Positions 63,757-64,000 of a DNA stretch of 64,000 bases are shown piece by piece. Numbering within the stretch: position 1 is the first letter of the stretch; each line of letters opens with the position of its first letter. This DNA comes from Anaerolineales bacterium. GTDB taxonomy: Bacteria; Chloroflexota; Anaerolineae; Anaerolineales; UBA4823. Location: NCBI GenBank assembly GCA_020354045.1, contig CP070639.1, positions 3,412,535 to 3,476,534 of the forward strand. The letters are read 5' to 3'. The notes beneath the pieces were generated by a model. The model did no database searches. It saw only the letters and a program-made list of their open reading frames with translations, and was not told the DNA's origin. Position numbers and translations under genes: made by a program.

Positions 63757-64000
63757 TGAGTCACAGCATCCACCTGCGTGAATTGGAAGCCGCTGGATTG
63801 GTCTCATTGGTAAGTGTATTGCCTGAAGTGGAATACTTATTTCGGCACACACTAATCCAAGAAGCTGCCTATGGCTCGCTACTCAAATCCGACCGGCAAG
63901 CCTTGCATAAATTAACTGGGTTGGTGCTAGAGGCTCATTATCAAGACCGCGAAGAAGAAATAGCCCCAATACTGGCTCAACACTTCCACACGGCTGGCGA
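63756..64000 (+). CDS. Continuation of the STAND/cyclase protein in another frame (partial, runs off the window end)
   Basis: ATG 63756 shares its A with the upstream TGA (TGATG). The translation MSHSIHLRELEAAGLVSLV...EYLFRHTLIQEAAYGSLLKSDRQALH is the segment that normally follows the NTPase domain in one polypeptide. Confidence 0.6.
   Translation, partial: MSHSIHLRELEAAGLVSLVSVLPEVEYLFRHTLIQEAAYGSLLKSDRQALHKLTGLVLEAHYQDREEEIAPILAQHFHTAG

Noticed and set aside
1-64000. Search for tRNA/rRNA genes, CRISPR arrays, integrases/transposases, prophage or toxin-antitoxin modules
   Set aside because: I recognised none by eye in any intergenic region or ORF translation. A tRNAscan or Infernal run could still reveal small RNAs I missed.

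Overview
The window is 64 kb of bacterial chromosome at about 50-55% GC. It is densely coding, with many 1-8 nt start/stop overlaps. I recognised no rRNA, tRNA, CRISPR array, transposase or integrase. Gene content loosely suggests a Chloroflexota/Anaerolineae-like organism, but that is inference only.

Main blocks:
- 1-5036 (-): a two-component system upstream of a membrane redox module (small Cys-rich membrane proteins, an octaheme cytochrome c, a Tat-targeted NrfC-like Fe-S subunit and NrfD).
- 6683-8511 (-): tatA, then a structured leader resembling a Moco riboswitch, then FmdE-like and TauE-like genes.
- 8812-12972 (+): an ars-type cluster (ArsR, CSC-motif permease, thioredoxin-like protein, Acr3, methyltransferase).
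- 13-27 kb: mixed metabolism, including a fused GlcD-GlcE oxidase, an orphan RACo-like Fe-S ATPase, hutH and aminotransferases.
- 25-32.5 kb: a lower-GC stretch of poorly characterised genes (DUF2779 nuclease-like protein, a lipoprotein, a four-repeat TIG-like membrane protein and an unknown partner).
- 32.9-36.9 kb (-): a TetR-headed six-gene operon with a perfect 24-bp operator.
- 44965-56959 (-): an 11-gene shikimate/tyrosine operon with an RPH-like PEP-utilising phosphotransferase embedded in it.
- 58.9-64 kb (+): a cAMP-type signalling operon (zf-UBP, cNMP-binding histidine kinase fused to a CoA-binding domain, DUF3307, and a split adenylate cyclase-STAND gene).

The most interesting call is in front of the shikimate/tyrosine operon. 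It has a consensus promoter, a 26-codon Tyr/Phe-rich leader peptide and mutually exclusive antiterminator/terminator helices. Four paralogous ICMT/PEMT-type membrane methyltransferases are also scattered through the window.

All family assignments come from motif recognition by eye. No searches were run.
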